From Takakia lepidozioides (taxonomy: Eukaryota > Plantae > Bryophyta), in the NCBI GenBank assembly GCA_030704615.1, contig CM060731.1, positions 95,976,001 through 96,040,000 of the forward strand: a DNA stretch of 64,000 bases. Reading direction: 5' to 3'. Position numbers and translations under genes: made by a program. The notes below the pieces were generated by a model that was not told the origin of the DNA, made no database searches, and worked only from the letters and a program-made list of their open reading frames with translations. Positions 13,290 to 26,200 of the stretch are shown here, piece by piece. How positions within the stretch are numbered: the first letter of the stretch is position 1; every line of letters starts with the position of its first letter.

Positions 13290-14900
13290 CCTAAAGACAC
13301 CCCTGGTTTTGAAGCCATGATGGAATTCTTCACAGCTGTGAGCACGGATTGCAAGAGTACTCGGGGGAGGGGGGGGGTGGGGGGGTGAGGTGGAGAGAGC
13401 TTGCGACATGATTCTCCTCGACATTCCAGATGGGGAGCTGCTGGAGGGCCTGGATGGTGTGCCCACCTGGAACAGGTTTACTGAGGACTACTGGAAAGCC
13501 GGGTTTGGGCTGGCGGGGATGCTTCTGGATGACGGTGGATGTGTGGTTGTCCTTGCCACGAGAGGGAAGACCACAGAGAATGCGGTGGCAAGGTGGACAC
13601 CGAAAAGTGTCACCCCGGTCCTCCTCAGAAAATGATTCTGCATCAGTACACAGGGGTTGCAAACAGAGGGCCAAAGTGTAAGTTATCAATCTATTGCATT
13701 CACTTCATATTGTGGTGTATGTTAAGTAGACCCTGGAGTTGATCCTTCTTTGTTGGATGTGCAGACATTGGTGTTTGAGGCATATTGCTTTGTGAAGAGA
13801 GGGTCTACGTTCAAATTCCGCAACGACGGTCGTCTTGTTGATGCCGCTGTGACCCTGTAACCTACGATGTCCTCTACAACTATGTGCCCCACTCCAGTAT
13901 GCCAAAGGACACAAAGACAGGCAAACCGTGGCGGTACAGCCGGACCCGGAGCCCTGCTTTCATCCAAACCCTCATGGAGACGTGCTCGGATGTCCAAGGG
14001 CGGATTCTAGACCTCACATTGCGGCACGGGTAAGCCTTCACGTGCTCAGTTTGTCCCCTGGCCCGATTGCAATTGCATGCCGCAAGCTATTAACCGCCCG
14101 CTTTGTTCCTCAGGTGCTTCAATGTGGGCAGGGACGTTGTCCGACAGGCATGTGTTCGCCTTCGAGCCAGATACTACCTCCACAACTCGGAACTTGCAGC
14201 GGCTGAACGTCTGCCGAAAGAGGAAGAGGCATCCTCGGAGGATGAGGAAAAATCCGAGAAGGAGCAGGGGAGGAAGTTGGGATCGAGGCCGAGGAGCCCC
14301 CGGTTTACGAGTGAGTGGTCGCATTGTAAGTTGCTTCCAAATTTCGTGAGGCACCTCCCTCCACTCTCTTATTTCATTGAAAACCCTTTCTGGTTGTGCT
14401 GGTATTGACATTCTTGAAGTGGATTTGTTCTTACTGTAGGATGCCAAGTACTGCCGGAGGGACGTCTACACCGGAGTTCATGGGCAGGAGGAACGTGCTT
14501 TTTTTTGCCAGGGGGGGATTTCATGCCTAGTCCAGAAAGGGAGTACATCCTTCCTACTTATGCTGCCCGGCTTGCTTTGGTGTCCATTAGGAGGTGTTCC
14601 GAACCTAGTCGTGTACAGCAGATTTTAGACGAGGCAAGCCTCAAGAAAATGAAGATGAGGGAGGAGGCAGCAGCTATTAGAGCCCGTCGGGCTCGTAGAT
14701 TTGTCTTGGATTCTGCTGAGGAAAGTGGGGGAGAAGACGCAGAAGATTCCCAGGAGGTGAGGTGGACAGTCCCCCAAGGAGAGGACGAGATTTTTGAGAG
14801 GCATAGTGGAACTGATGCATCACAGAGCTTGGAGGATGAGGGGGATGAGGGGGATGAGGAAGAAGGTGGGGCAAGTTCCTCGGAGGGTGAAGGAGAGTAG
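13290..14900 (+). pseudogene. 3' half of a spliced beta-class amino-methyltransferase-like gene (copy 1)
   Basis: CDMILLDIPDG ... LLDDGGCVV ... RSPAFIQTLMETCSDVQGRILDLT-CGTG|ASMWAGTLSDRHVFAFEPD. GT-AG introns at 13678-13764, 14030-14113 and 14311-14439. Acidic tail, stop at 14900. Confidence 0.8.
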
Positions 14901-15236
14901 TGCCCATTCCGGCTATGACAGTTAGAACACACTTGTATAGACGTGGCTTGCCACAAAATTTGCAATAAAATGTTGCATTTCAAGTCCACTGGTGCCACAT
15001 TCCAACTTCACATGACCCTATTTCCGTGCCTCCTAACCCTATTTCCGTGGACTCACAATGGTCTGCTCATGCTTTTTTTTTTTCCGCTCATGCTCATGCC
15101 GCTCATGAAATAGCAGCCCCCCCCTCTTGGATAAAACTGATTTGGAGGTTGTACTGTCCAAAGGCATGTCTGATGTGCTCTGGTCTGTCACCCTGCGTTC
15201 CTTCCTCTTGTGCTGAATGGAAGGTGATGTTGGTGT

Positions 15237-15524
15237 ATGCAAATCTCGGAGTTTGTGTTTCTCCTGAACCCCAATGACAAGCGCGTGAAGTCTGCTGCAA
15301 CAAAGGCGGAAGTGGTGGGAATAGCTGAGGTTCACAAGTTCCATTGCAAGGACATTCGTTCCGGGTGGTACAAGGTGAAAGTCCACGACATTATGCTTCC
15401 AACTGTTGCCCTGCCATGTCCAAATCTGGACGATGACCCCCCCCAGACTACACTATTGCACATGAAAGACACGGTTATTCTCTGGCCAGAGAAGAGTATG
15501 AGGAGGGGTGAAGGTGTGAAGTGA
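15237..15524 (+). pseudogene. Tnp1/En-Spm (CACTA accessory protein)-like C-terminal domain, probably the 3' part of the gene interrupted by the TIR element
   Basis: KFHCKDIRSGWYKVKVHDIMLPTVALPCPNLDDDPPQ...VILWP resembles CACTA TnpA-like C-termini (recognised by eye only). Confidence 0.45.
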
Positions 15525-16949
15525 GGTTCATGTTTGTAGACCCTGTTGTCCGATCCTGGTACTCATAGAAAATGATCTGATCAGATGGGCCATTAAACTG
15601 GGACATCATCAGATCATTCAGATGGGCATCAGATCTGATCAGAACATTTGGGCCATATCCACTGGCCATGACACACTTTGTAATCTCCGGCATATCCATG
15701 TATGTTGGCCTTTTGTCTTGTTCATATGCAGGTGTGCCTGACGCTATCTTTTTTCAATATGAATTGACATTTTCCTGACTCGTCCTCGTATCCTTTCCCC
15801 TAGTATGTGTATGCTGGATGGTCTTCTGTCTCCATGAAGTTTGGCTATTTGATTAATGTCATGTCTCGTGGTTCATGCAGTTTTGTGTATGTTTCAAGTT
15901 TGCCCACCTTGAGGGCTTCTCAATTTCCCCTTGCATGTGTATGCATCCACGTTCTTGTTGCCACTTTAGGAGTCCCATCCTCCTTCTTCTTGCTTTCTTG
16001 CATGTACAAGGACCTTGGGGATTCTGCCGTTGCACTACAACCACACTTTCAGTTTAGACTGTAGGTCCTTTGCTCAACTCACACAATCCACTACAAGTGC
16101 TTCTCTTCAAGGCTTTCCTAGTGTAGTGCAATCCACTTCCTGCATGCCAGTGGAGTTGGCCAAACCAGTGCTGTGTCAGCGGAAGCACTCCGACTCTTTG
16201 AACTACAAGTAATACCTGTTACTTCTGTTCACAGGGGCGGAAACCACGCGCCGACACACACGCCCCCACGTGGCCCCGGTTTATTCGCGCACATGGTAAA
16301 TGGTTGTGTTATGTGGTCAACTTCCGCAGTCGCCGTTGGCATTGGGCATGTAGCACTGCAAGTGTCGTGGTCGACTGGCACGTGCCACACCGAGAACACA
16401 GCCACGTGGTAGCCATGATGCTCGTCGTGGCCTTGCCACGGCGGCGTCCACGTCCGCATCCATGTGTCATCCCGCTCAGCTGAGTCATTCCACTCATGTG
16501 GAGGGAAAAGTCAAAATCAGCCCAAAAGGTCAAACACACGGGTGGCTGGCGTGGTCACGCCACGTGCTGACCCAGCAATAATCGCTATAATCGCTGAGCA
16601 GTCATTGAGGCGTCTGCGTCCGCAACCACTCCAATGATTGGATGTCCGATCCACCATGTTTGTTATAACTAGTCATTTACTACTTTAGTCGATCCCAGGT
16701 TTTTTGTCCATTACGTCTCAAAATGAGTCATTTCCCCAGTTGTAAATGACACGATTGACCTGATAAGGAGAGATAATTGGCATACAAGGCTGAGTTGCGT
16801 CCTCATGTGCCTGTTCATATCCCACTGTGGAGTACAGTTGGGAATTTGCATCGACTAGCAAACCAATGTGTGCAACAAGCATGGCAGGAGGCATTTCCAT
16901 CAGTTGGCGAGAGGAGTTCAGTGACATCACCTAGACCACCTCAGCTCTT

Positions 16950-17938
16950 TTGGACACAATGTCTATTACCTGGCAACCACCTGACTCAGGGATTTGTTTG
17001 CTAGACCTGTTTGGAGGCATGAGCACTGGGCTTGTAGGAGTGTTGCAAGCAGGGATTAAAGTACGAAAGTACTTGTATGTGGAGAAGGATAAGAACGCTT
17101 GGCATGTTTCCATGCGCTATGTTGCCTTGCTCACATGTCAGTATCTTGAGTTGTTGTCTCTCTCAGCAATTCAAGGGTACCAAAAGGCCTTGCCAGCAGA
17201 CATTACCTTGGTGGGGGCGGATGATTTGGACCAGTATGGTGCCATTGACTTGGTGATAGCCGGATGGCCTTGCCAAGGACACTTTCCCCGCAGGTCATGG
17301 GAATGGCTTGAATGATGCAAGGTTGCATTTGTTTTGGGAGATGTTGCGAGTGTTGCATGACTTCCAGACAAAGCAAGTGCAACCTCCAGCCTACATCTTG
17401 GATAATGTTCCTCTTATGGGGGATTCTCGGGCCAGGGTTATGGCTAGTGTGCACTAGGTGCGGTCTTAGATTGGATCGGCGGTGCTATTGGATGCAACTG
17501 CAGTGGGGTCGCACCACCAGAGTTGCTCAAGAGAGCCTATGATTCCATTCGACGGCCACCCAACCTCAAGGTTGAGGGCATTTTGGAGCAAGGGCAGTAG
17601 CCACAGAGGGTGTGACCTGATGACCGTCCATCTTTGGCGGTGATCAATCGAGTGGGGCAACAACGTGCGGCCTTGCCTACACTCATGAGTTTTCCCTTGT
17701 CTCATGCTTTCCGAGACAATGGTTTTGGGATAATGTACTAGAGCAATTGGTGGAGCCCAATGCGGATGAGCGAGAACGGGCAATGGGATTGGCCACAGAC
17801 ACTATAGTTGTGCCAGCTCTGTCAGAGGCATCACGCCGACAAGTGTTGGGTCAAGCAATGGATCTAAATTGCTTGACATGGGTCATTGGCTTGTGCATGG
17901 TTGAGCAACAGAGATTGCAAGCATTGGTGGCTACTTAG
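16950..17938 (+). pseudogene. DNMT3-like C5 cytosine DNA methyltransferase domain, decayed
   Basis: Motif I LLDLFGGMSTG (16998-), II YLYVEKD, IV DLVIAGWPCQG (PC at 17268-17273), VI YILDNV (17401), IX ERERAMG, X RRQVLGQAMD. Motif VIII is deleted; several stops and frameshifts. Confidence 0.9.
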
Positions 17939-18299
17939 ACTGCACTTCCATTGGATATTGCATCCTCTCTGCCAACCGAGACGGTTGAGGCAGTGAGTGG
18001 GGGCGAGCACCGGATCATGGGGTGCAGACACCCATGGCAAATGTGGGATGAGATGCGCAAAGAGAGAGTCATTGGATCTCTCAAATAACAATATGATGAG
18101 TGGGGAGAGCCATATACTGAGGATCAGTTGGAGGCCAAGGTGGCCAAGGCTTTTGAAGAAGTTGAGGATGGAAAATGCGTCTCCTACCTCCAAGCCTGGT
18201 GTACACAAGGTTGCAGTCATTGAGGAAAATTGGGAACCAGATGTTGGACCTACAATCACCGGAGGAGAGAGATGGAGGATCCAGCAAAATTCTAAGGGC

Positions 18300-19850
18300 T
18301 TATAGAATTGCTTTGCCTTCGGTTTGAAGGATTTGGGGAGTTTGAAGGGCCAGGAGATTCGTATCGATTTGGCAAGTGACACGCCAATTTTTCGAAGGCC
18401 CTACAGGTATGATGACATGGAGAGGTCTTTGATCCAGTCACGGACTATGGAGTTGTTTGAAAGGATTGGTGGAGTTGTCAGGCGGGGAGTATGCCTCGGC
18501 AACGATGATGCCAGCTAAGAAAGATATCTATGGCAATTGGACAGAAAGAAGCATGTGTGGGGATTACCGCGCCCTGTGAATCGTCCAACTAAGTCCGATA
18601 GACATGCCATGCCAACTTCGGAAGAAATCTTTGATGCCATTGGGCATGTGAAGGTGTTTAGCACATTGGACTTGCCATCTGGTTACCACCAGTTGCCAAT
18701 CAAAGAGGCTGATAAGCAAAAGACGGCATTCTGGGGGATTGACCAGCATGGGAATGATTGTATGTACCAATGGCGCTTCCTACCATGAAGAATGCTCATG
18801 CAGAGTTTCAGAGGATCATGGATAGTATTCTTGCAGGGCTAGGCTTCACCCGGTGCCACATTGATGATATCATCATCTTTAGTGATACGGTTGAGGAGCA
18901 TGAGAGACTGTTTGAGCGCTTGAGAGCGCACGGGTTGAAACTGCACCCTGGAAAGTGCAAGTTCTTCCACAATCAGATTGAGTATCTGGGCCACATGATA
19001 TACCCTGGATGATTGGGTGTTCAATAGACAAAGGTGGAGGCCATTGCATGCAATCCACGTCCCATGGATGTAAGCAGAGTTCGTGCTTTCATGGGATTGG
19101 CAAACTACTACTGACGGTTTGTCAAGGGATTTAGTAGCATAACGAAGGCTCTTACCAAGTTGACCAAGGTGGGTCAGGAGTGGCAGTGGGGGGAGGAGCA
19201 GGAGGAAGCATTTGAGGAACTCAAGGCTCGATTGACTTCTGCACCTATTCTGAGGCGGCCTATTCGGGGGCGGCATTTCCAGCTACATACAGATTGGAGT
19301 ATGCTGGGGATTGGAGCAGTGCTCACACAGGTGGATGATGAGGGAAGAGAGTTCGTAGTGGCATATGCCAGCCGCTCAAACAATGATGCAGAGACAAAGT
19401 ATAGTTCATATGAAGGGGAGTGTCTAGCTGCAGTATGGAGAGTGGCACATTTTAGATGCTACGTCTATGGCAATCTCTTCACCCTTGTCACGGATCACCA
19501 ACTATTAAAGTGGTTGATGGAGTCAAACAAGCTTACAGGGAAGCTTGTACGGTGGGCACTTATACTTCAAGAGTACGACTTTCAAGTGGTGCATCGAGCC
19601 GGTATAGTCAATCGGGATGCAGATGGGTTGAGTCGTAATCAATACACGAGCGAGCATGATGATACTGGAGCTCGATGGCATGGTGAGACAGATGAGGAGA
19701 TGGTGCCAGAATGGCCTGCATCTGTCTTTTTGTGCATTCTAGCAATGGGAGCTCAAGCTGGTCCACCCCATGAGATTGGTCATGAAGATAGTGTGCATGA
19801 TGATCCAAAGATCAGTAAGGAGCTTGGTGGAGATGCATATAATGGTACAA
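18300..19850 (+). pseudogene. pol: RT-RNase H of a second, unrelated Ty3/Gypsy family, directly downstream of the DNMT domain
   Basis: PIFRRPYRY, MPAKKDIYGNWTE..MCGDYRPVN, STLDLPSGYHQ, HIDDIIIFS, YLGH, LHTDWS, YASRS, TDHQ, DADGLSR. No integrase or LTR follows. Confidence 0.92.
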
Positions 19851-22479
19851 TTTTCTTTTCAGATCATTTTTTATCCCAAAACAGACAGTTTCAGTATTGC
19901 ACTGCCAAAACGGGGCAGATTGTCAGCTAATTGGGAATCATTGGTACAACACTTAGGAACTTAGTCAGTGTCTGCGACGACCATGGAGAGAAGCTCTGGC
20001 GTCAAGATGACCATAGGAATCTGCATCGACAGCGGGTTAGGCTACTAAATTGATATTGGTAACGGCAAGGTGAACCTGTTTGAACAATACAAGGCAACTG
20101 TTTGGACACATGATGGCGATCTCTCTGTTCTCCTATCTTTCTCATCCAGTAGGAACACACGGCGAGGGGTTTGGCAATTGGAAGAAACAACCTGTACAAC
20201 GATGAGATATCGCGACAAAAGCAAAATGGTACATTGGAACAAATGGCGGGTTAGTAGCTTCACGGTGAAGTTTTGACTCCCCAGCGATGCAAAAAAAAAA
20301 AGATGGACGCGTTGCCGAAGCAAGTGTAACTTATGGTGTCACTTGACCCCATAGGGCTACTGCCTTCCGGTGGGAAGGTGGACACCGTAATGACTTCCAA
20401 CAGGTGGATTCAACTCACAACCACTCACTGAACTGCCTACCCGACTGCGGTTAGTGCAGGGGGTCCGTGGTTGTATATGGTGGCTATGGTCACTAACTAG
20501 TTCCTACCGGAAAAAAGGAGTTGAGTACTCCACTTCACAAGGCGAGTTTGCATTTTCTAAGTCCTATGGAACTGCTACAATTCGTTCTAGTAACTGCCTT
20601 CCAAGTCTTTTTATTATTGACTAATTCCTACTGCCTAGGCCTACGAGCCGCCTATAGCCGGGACATCTATTTTTCCCTTCACAATGGACCTTCACTCGTG
20701 AGAGGGTATGTGCCCTTACCATTGGGCTACATGCTGGTTGTCCCCAGCGATGCAAAGTGTGTAGGAGAAGACTCCCGGAAGATCTGTGACCCAGTGGTAG
20801 GGCCAAAGACCCCCAGGGGCACCATCAATTATTTATTTCCAAGGAAGGAGCAACTTCCGGTATGACGAAATGGCGAAAATCGGCGATTGAAATATCTTGT
20901 CATCCCGATCACCCGGAGAATTTGCAGGAAACTACGGGGTGCCCAATTATAATTTTTCACCAAGTTTTGTGATGGAGGAGATTAGTGACGACATCAAATT
21001 ATCAAGTCAACGACACTCACGGCAGCCGATTATTTGAATTTCTACGTCATCCATGGGATGAAAATGGCCAAATTCGCCCTGGAGGATGGATGGATGACAA
21101 ATGACAACTAGCGCCAACTAGTCATCCAAAGGGATGGATGAAAAACCAGTTTTCATTGGCCTCCACAACTTTCCATCCATTTCTTTAGTTTATTTCAATC
21201 TATGCATTTTAAACTATAGATCCTTCAAGGTTATTATAGTTTATCATTATTTCTCACTAGTTTTTTAGGTTCAACAACGGTATAAAAGAAGAGCAAGGCC
21301 CTCCTTGTTCTTCACCTAGTTCATTTGCATAGTTTCCTCTTGCTTGTTGCATTGTTGCTTTGTTAGTTTTTGCTTGAGGAGGCCTACGTCCCAGGAGTGG
21401 AGCTTGAAGCTCCCTAGTTTAGGAAGGTGTGTTGATAGCTAAGGCAAGAGTCCTAGTTCATTTTGGCTTTGAGGCCGTTGGGGATTGATGAAGGAGGCTA
21501 TGTGCAAATTCATGTAGAGGAGGTAGACTTGAAGACGAGTAGGGAAGGCCGGTGTGGACCTAGAGACGAGTACCAAGAAGGACCGCCTAGAGTACCATTT
21601 CACGAGTCATTAGAGCATCTCAAGCACGCTCGCATTGGAATGTTGTCACACCCTCACTTCTCCCTTTATGTATGTGAAGCTTTTGTTTATCAAGCATTGT
21701 CTTGACTATTGAAAAATTGATTGAAATGAAGCCCTCTCAAGGAGGTGAATTATGCAGTATGAATCTATGTTGATTTCAAGTTTATGAATGACAAGGGGAA
21801 GACCCCATGATGCCAATGGAATGAGTACCATTTGAGATGTTATTTTGAATTGATTGAGGGATGAATTTTTATGTTCTTGGTGACTAATGTGAACAATACC
21901 AGCCCAAACCCCAAAAAAAACAACCAACCCTCCCCTAGGCCTCAATGGGCTTGCTTGGGGGGGGGCTGAATCCTCTTGTATATTTGTGGCGCCACCTTGC
22001 TCTTCACTGGCCTCAGGGTCCTCAGACACTTGGTCTACAGTAAACTGTGAGTGCGTCGCACCCCAAAATGCCCCAACTCCTTATGGGCATGCCGCACTAA
22101 CCATGCCCGCTGTGTTAGGTGAGGCACAATCCTCACTCAACCATCCTCCCACACTCGGAGCAGGTGTGTCCTCTCCCACTTGAACCTCTTGGCTCGTTGC
22201 AGGATCTTGCCTCCACTCCCCCACCACCCGCACACTGTTTATCCTACGACAAATGAAGATTAGCATACAAACTGACTTACCGGGATACCCCAACATGAGT
22301 ATATCACCACTTGAACGTGTTTGGCTTCATAACCCATTTTCCTCACAATTTGAAACCTCACACCCACGTCAAAATAAACTCATTCTTGCCTACTTCAAAG
22401 CTTGACATATATCTAACCTCACCCAACTCACCACCGCCACTGGTGTTCGGCTCTTAACTCCAAGTCAATTTACCTTGAA

Positions 22480-23250
22480 ACACTCCTGTGCCACTATCAA
22501 AACACGTAAATATTTGCTACGCCTCCGCTCCCTATTCTGTCACCCGATTGCCTCTTGTACCCTTGAATGCGACTTCCCATGCTCACTCTTCCCACATAAC
22601 CAGCAAGACCTCCTCCCGGAATTTAGAACATCACCAGCTATCTCAATACTCCAGCTGCCCAGAGCCTCCCATAACACTCATGTAAATCCTCCTCTAGACA
22701 CCTTTCTGACCAACTCCATCAATCGGGTCTCACTCCAACGACCCCCATACTTCTTCTCCAACTCCTCTACAAATCCCCTACGGAGTTTCCAGGGTTGTTG
22801 AGACCAATCTACATGGACAGGGAACCACCGGGCTACTAGTGGAAATGTAGCCCTCTTCAATACCTCCCAAAACTCTCTATCAAGCATCGTAAGGCCACCC
22901 CGTATCACCCACAAACAAGTGGACAAGTGGAGTGAGCCTCCCTGCGTGTCCAAACACTAGACATCTGAACTTGGATCCACAACTATGATGTGTTGCATGG
23001 AGGCTGGGATGAGTGCGACTAATACTCGTTGGTCTCTAGAGGTGGGACCTTCTTCACTTCCACCTCATTCTTCCCTGCCTTCTTCCCCCGTTTCTTGCTT
23101 TGTCCACTCTTCACCAAAGCACCGTCTCCACCATCTCCCTTCCCACTACCCTCTCCGACATCCAGAGCCCCTACACCACTACCCTGCCCCGCCTCTCCAC
23201 CAATCGACAATGGCTCTATGTTGGCATCCTTGCGCCGATGCTTCTTTCTA
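22480..23250 (-). pseudogene. Decayed unidentified TE coding sequence with a zinc-knuckle-like remnant
   Basis: The frame of ORF 22678-22953 continues past a TGA into VLWEALGSW...SCWLCGKSEHGKSH. It abuts the truncated end of copy C. Confidence 0.3.
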
Positions 23251-26200
23251 ACCATGTCTGGAAGTTTAAATTGTACAACTTGCTGTAAGCGCTTGCAAGC
23301 AAAATTAGTGAACGCCCTGAACTCCTTATCCGTATAGGTGAGAGGTGTGCCAATGACTTTGGAACAGTGTAAGTATTTCCAGGCTTCATGTCCCTTAAAG
23401 AAAATATCCTCATAGCCGAATTTTTGTGTTGTCAAATTGTTCCAAGCCGAATTAAATCATGAACGAAGTTGGGAATCCTTCTGCATCATAACTTTTGCAT
23501 CATATAGGTACATATGAGGTGGCACTGAAGGTAAGACCCAATGATCCCCACTGGAATAACTCAGAAATCGTGATTGCATCTTCTGTTGCTCAATGTGATA
23601 ACGTGCCAGAAAACAAGCAGCATAGTAAAATCCACAACCCATGACAATACTAGATACCTCCTTAGTCTTGGTATAGATGTACCCATGTACAACCTGGAAG
23701 GCAATTAATTCCTTCAGCATGGTACCTGCCTCAGACCAGTACCTTGCAAAGTGATGATCCTCAATGGGTCGATTGTTCGGAAGAACCTTAGTCCGAGTTG
23801 CCACCGACAACCAAATGCGCATGATCTGGTAGTAATGTGCCAACGACTGCGGAGGACTAAATTCCTTCCAAGCCAAATCCAGCACAATGGGAATTTGGTT
23901 GAAGGGCATAATCATAGCCCGACTATACTCCCGTGTAGCAGGAGTCCTAGGTGGGTAAAAGCAGCACCCCCCCATACCTCAGGCTGTGGTTTGGCTGTAG
24001 TAGCAACAGGGTCAGCTACCTGCACAGGCACCTGCTGTGGTATTGGTACCACTGGCCCTTCTACCTCTGGCATCTCCTGCACCCCCTGCGAAGAAGACTG
24101 AAAAATTAGAGTCCTGGCATGTAAATAAGTAGCCATCAGCTGCTCCTCAGGAACAAAGACTCTCTTGTCAATATTTGAACTTAGGTCGTCCACTCGACTC
24201 TGGCCTTCCACATCCTCCTGTAGCTCCACTATCCTACTATAGACATTGTCTATAGTAATTGTGGCAATGTTTTGCACCTGCAATCTGAGCTCATTCATCT
24301 CGCCCTGGGTGAGCTTCCGTGGTGCTTTGCCTTCTACCGGCCCTTGTGCTAACCAGACCTGCATAAGGTGGTTATCCACCAAGTCCTGTGTGGCACCCCT
24401 GAGAGTCTGCTCCTCCGTGAGTCTGTACACATCTAACTGCTGCTGTAAAGCCTCCATGCGCTTTGCATGAGGTTCAACCAGGCCCGCATAGGCAGCAGCC
24501 AGATTATTGGCTTCCTTCCAAGCCTTGTTAGCCACAGAGAGTTCATTTCTATTGACCATGACTGTTTGTTGCAACTCTAGGATGTACTTCTCCTGGTCAG
24601 CCTCAACCTGTTTGTACTCTTGGAAAGTATTCTCATTGCGACAAATTGTAGCCTGCAAATCAACAATGAGTTTCCCTTGCTCTATGATCTCAACTTCTGC
24701 CATCATACATCTCTCCCCTTGTCTGTTAACTTCTAATGCAGTTTGCTCTAGAACAGTTGTGAGTGTAGCACATTGTATGGTCATCCTCTGATGTACTGCC
24801 TCCAACTCTGTATGTAGTACGTTCACTTCTTGCAACTTGCCCTCATGCTTCACCTGCAATTGGTATAACTGTTGCTTATGTGCTTCATGCAACTAGTCCT
24901 GCTCGAGACCTGCTTCAATCAAATGTCCCTTGGCCAACTGCAAGGTAGCCTTTGTGTCCTCCAACTCTTGCTGTAACTTGAGATTGACCTCCTCATCTAC
25001 CTTGTTAGCACACTCAGTGGCAATTTGAGCCTCAAACTCCTTCCTGAGTTCCTCCCTCAAAGCTGCCAATTGGGTAGATGGAACATGGGATTTCACATAA
25101 GTGCCCAACAAATTCAGTGTCCTGCTTATGGAAATCATAAGCATGGCCTGCTGGGGGTCATCATGGTGAACTTGCTACTGTTCTCCCTGATCCTCCATAG
25201 TGTGATGCTTCACCAACCATTCAGGCCATTGCCCCACCAGATCCTCTTCCTGAACCACCTCATCCACCACAGGTGCTGCAGTGTCCTTATATTCTACCCC
25301 TGGTACCTCCGTCATAGGTGTGGGTATTACATGCACAGCAGGGATTTCCCTGGACAAATTTTGCACCTCTAGAACCATTGATTCCCTTACCAAGCCAGAG
25401 TTTTCATAGAGAAGGTCACCCTTCTCAATTTCTGCCACGACCTGCTCTGTAGTGGGAATGTCCAACCTTTCTCCGTCCAGAGCAATTGGGGGTGGTGTCA
25501 CAGTATGTTCTAACTGTGGAACCTCTGAGGCAACTGAGTCAACTGGTACCGAAGTGACTTCTTCCTCCCTCTCCAAAGGCCGTGCTTCCAATAATAACAG
25601 CCCTCTGTGCTGCTGTGCCCCATCCTGCACAAGAGCTTGGGAAACATCATCTTGCGGTTTCCGTGAAGCCAGTGGATCCGCCACTACAGTTATACCCCGC
25701 TTTTGTCTCTTAGACTGGTGTTGCCCTGTCAGTCCACCCTCACTATGTGAAGAGCCCTACTCTTCAATTGCAGTGGTTACTGCCTCAAACACTCCCATCT
25801 CCTTACGTTCCCGAGTATCAAGTATGCAAGAGTCAAGAATGATTTGGGCAATGACTGCACCAGACACAATGATCGGAGACTTAGCAACAGTGTCATGTAA
25901 CCTCTTCATCTCGTCCACAGGACCATTGTACATTAACTCCGCCCAAGCTACATCCTCTCCCCTCAAAGCTTTCAGGATCTCCTCTGTGAATGACCTGCTC
26001 AAATATTGTTGGTTCTGTTTCATGGCAAACAGAACGTTCAATATTTGGCCAACTTCTCTGAGCCATGGGTACTCGGCTTTGGTACAAGCGTAACCTTGAG
26101 TCTTAAAGAAACTCCCTTCTTGGAACAAATTCCCTATCTGCAATCTTGCCCTGTGCTCATCCACATCCACATGACCTGATGACAAATCAAACAATTGCTG

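Larger units (their letters stand above)
11854..15121 (+). mobile_element. Non-autonomous Mutator-like TIR element (copy 1) with 8-bp TSD CCCTCTTG
   Basis: Left TIR GAGGTTAGCTATTTCATGAGC... (11854-11892). Right TIR reverse complement GGGGGCTGCTATTTCATGAGC... (15083-15121). CCCTCTTG at 11846-11853 and 15122-15129. The flanks rejoin into an open frame (QAHTLL|DKTDLEV). Confidence 0.88.

Noticed and set aside
16030-16130. CACTACAA / TGTAGTG words as CACTA termini
   Set aside because: No matching distant TIR, TSD or subterminal array could be identified.
19850-20860. Short ORFs after the RNase H (20070-20276, 20521-20865)
   Set aside because: No recognisable motifs; not integrase. Left unannotated.
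20863-21895. Possible solo LTR of another family (AT-rich, TATAAAAG at 21281 followed by a hairpin)
   Set aside because: No second copy, TSD, PBS or PPT found, so boundaries cannot be supported.
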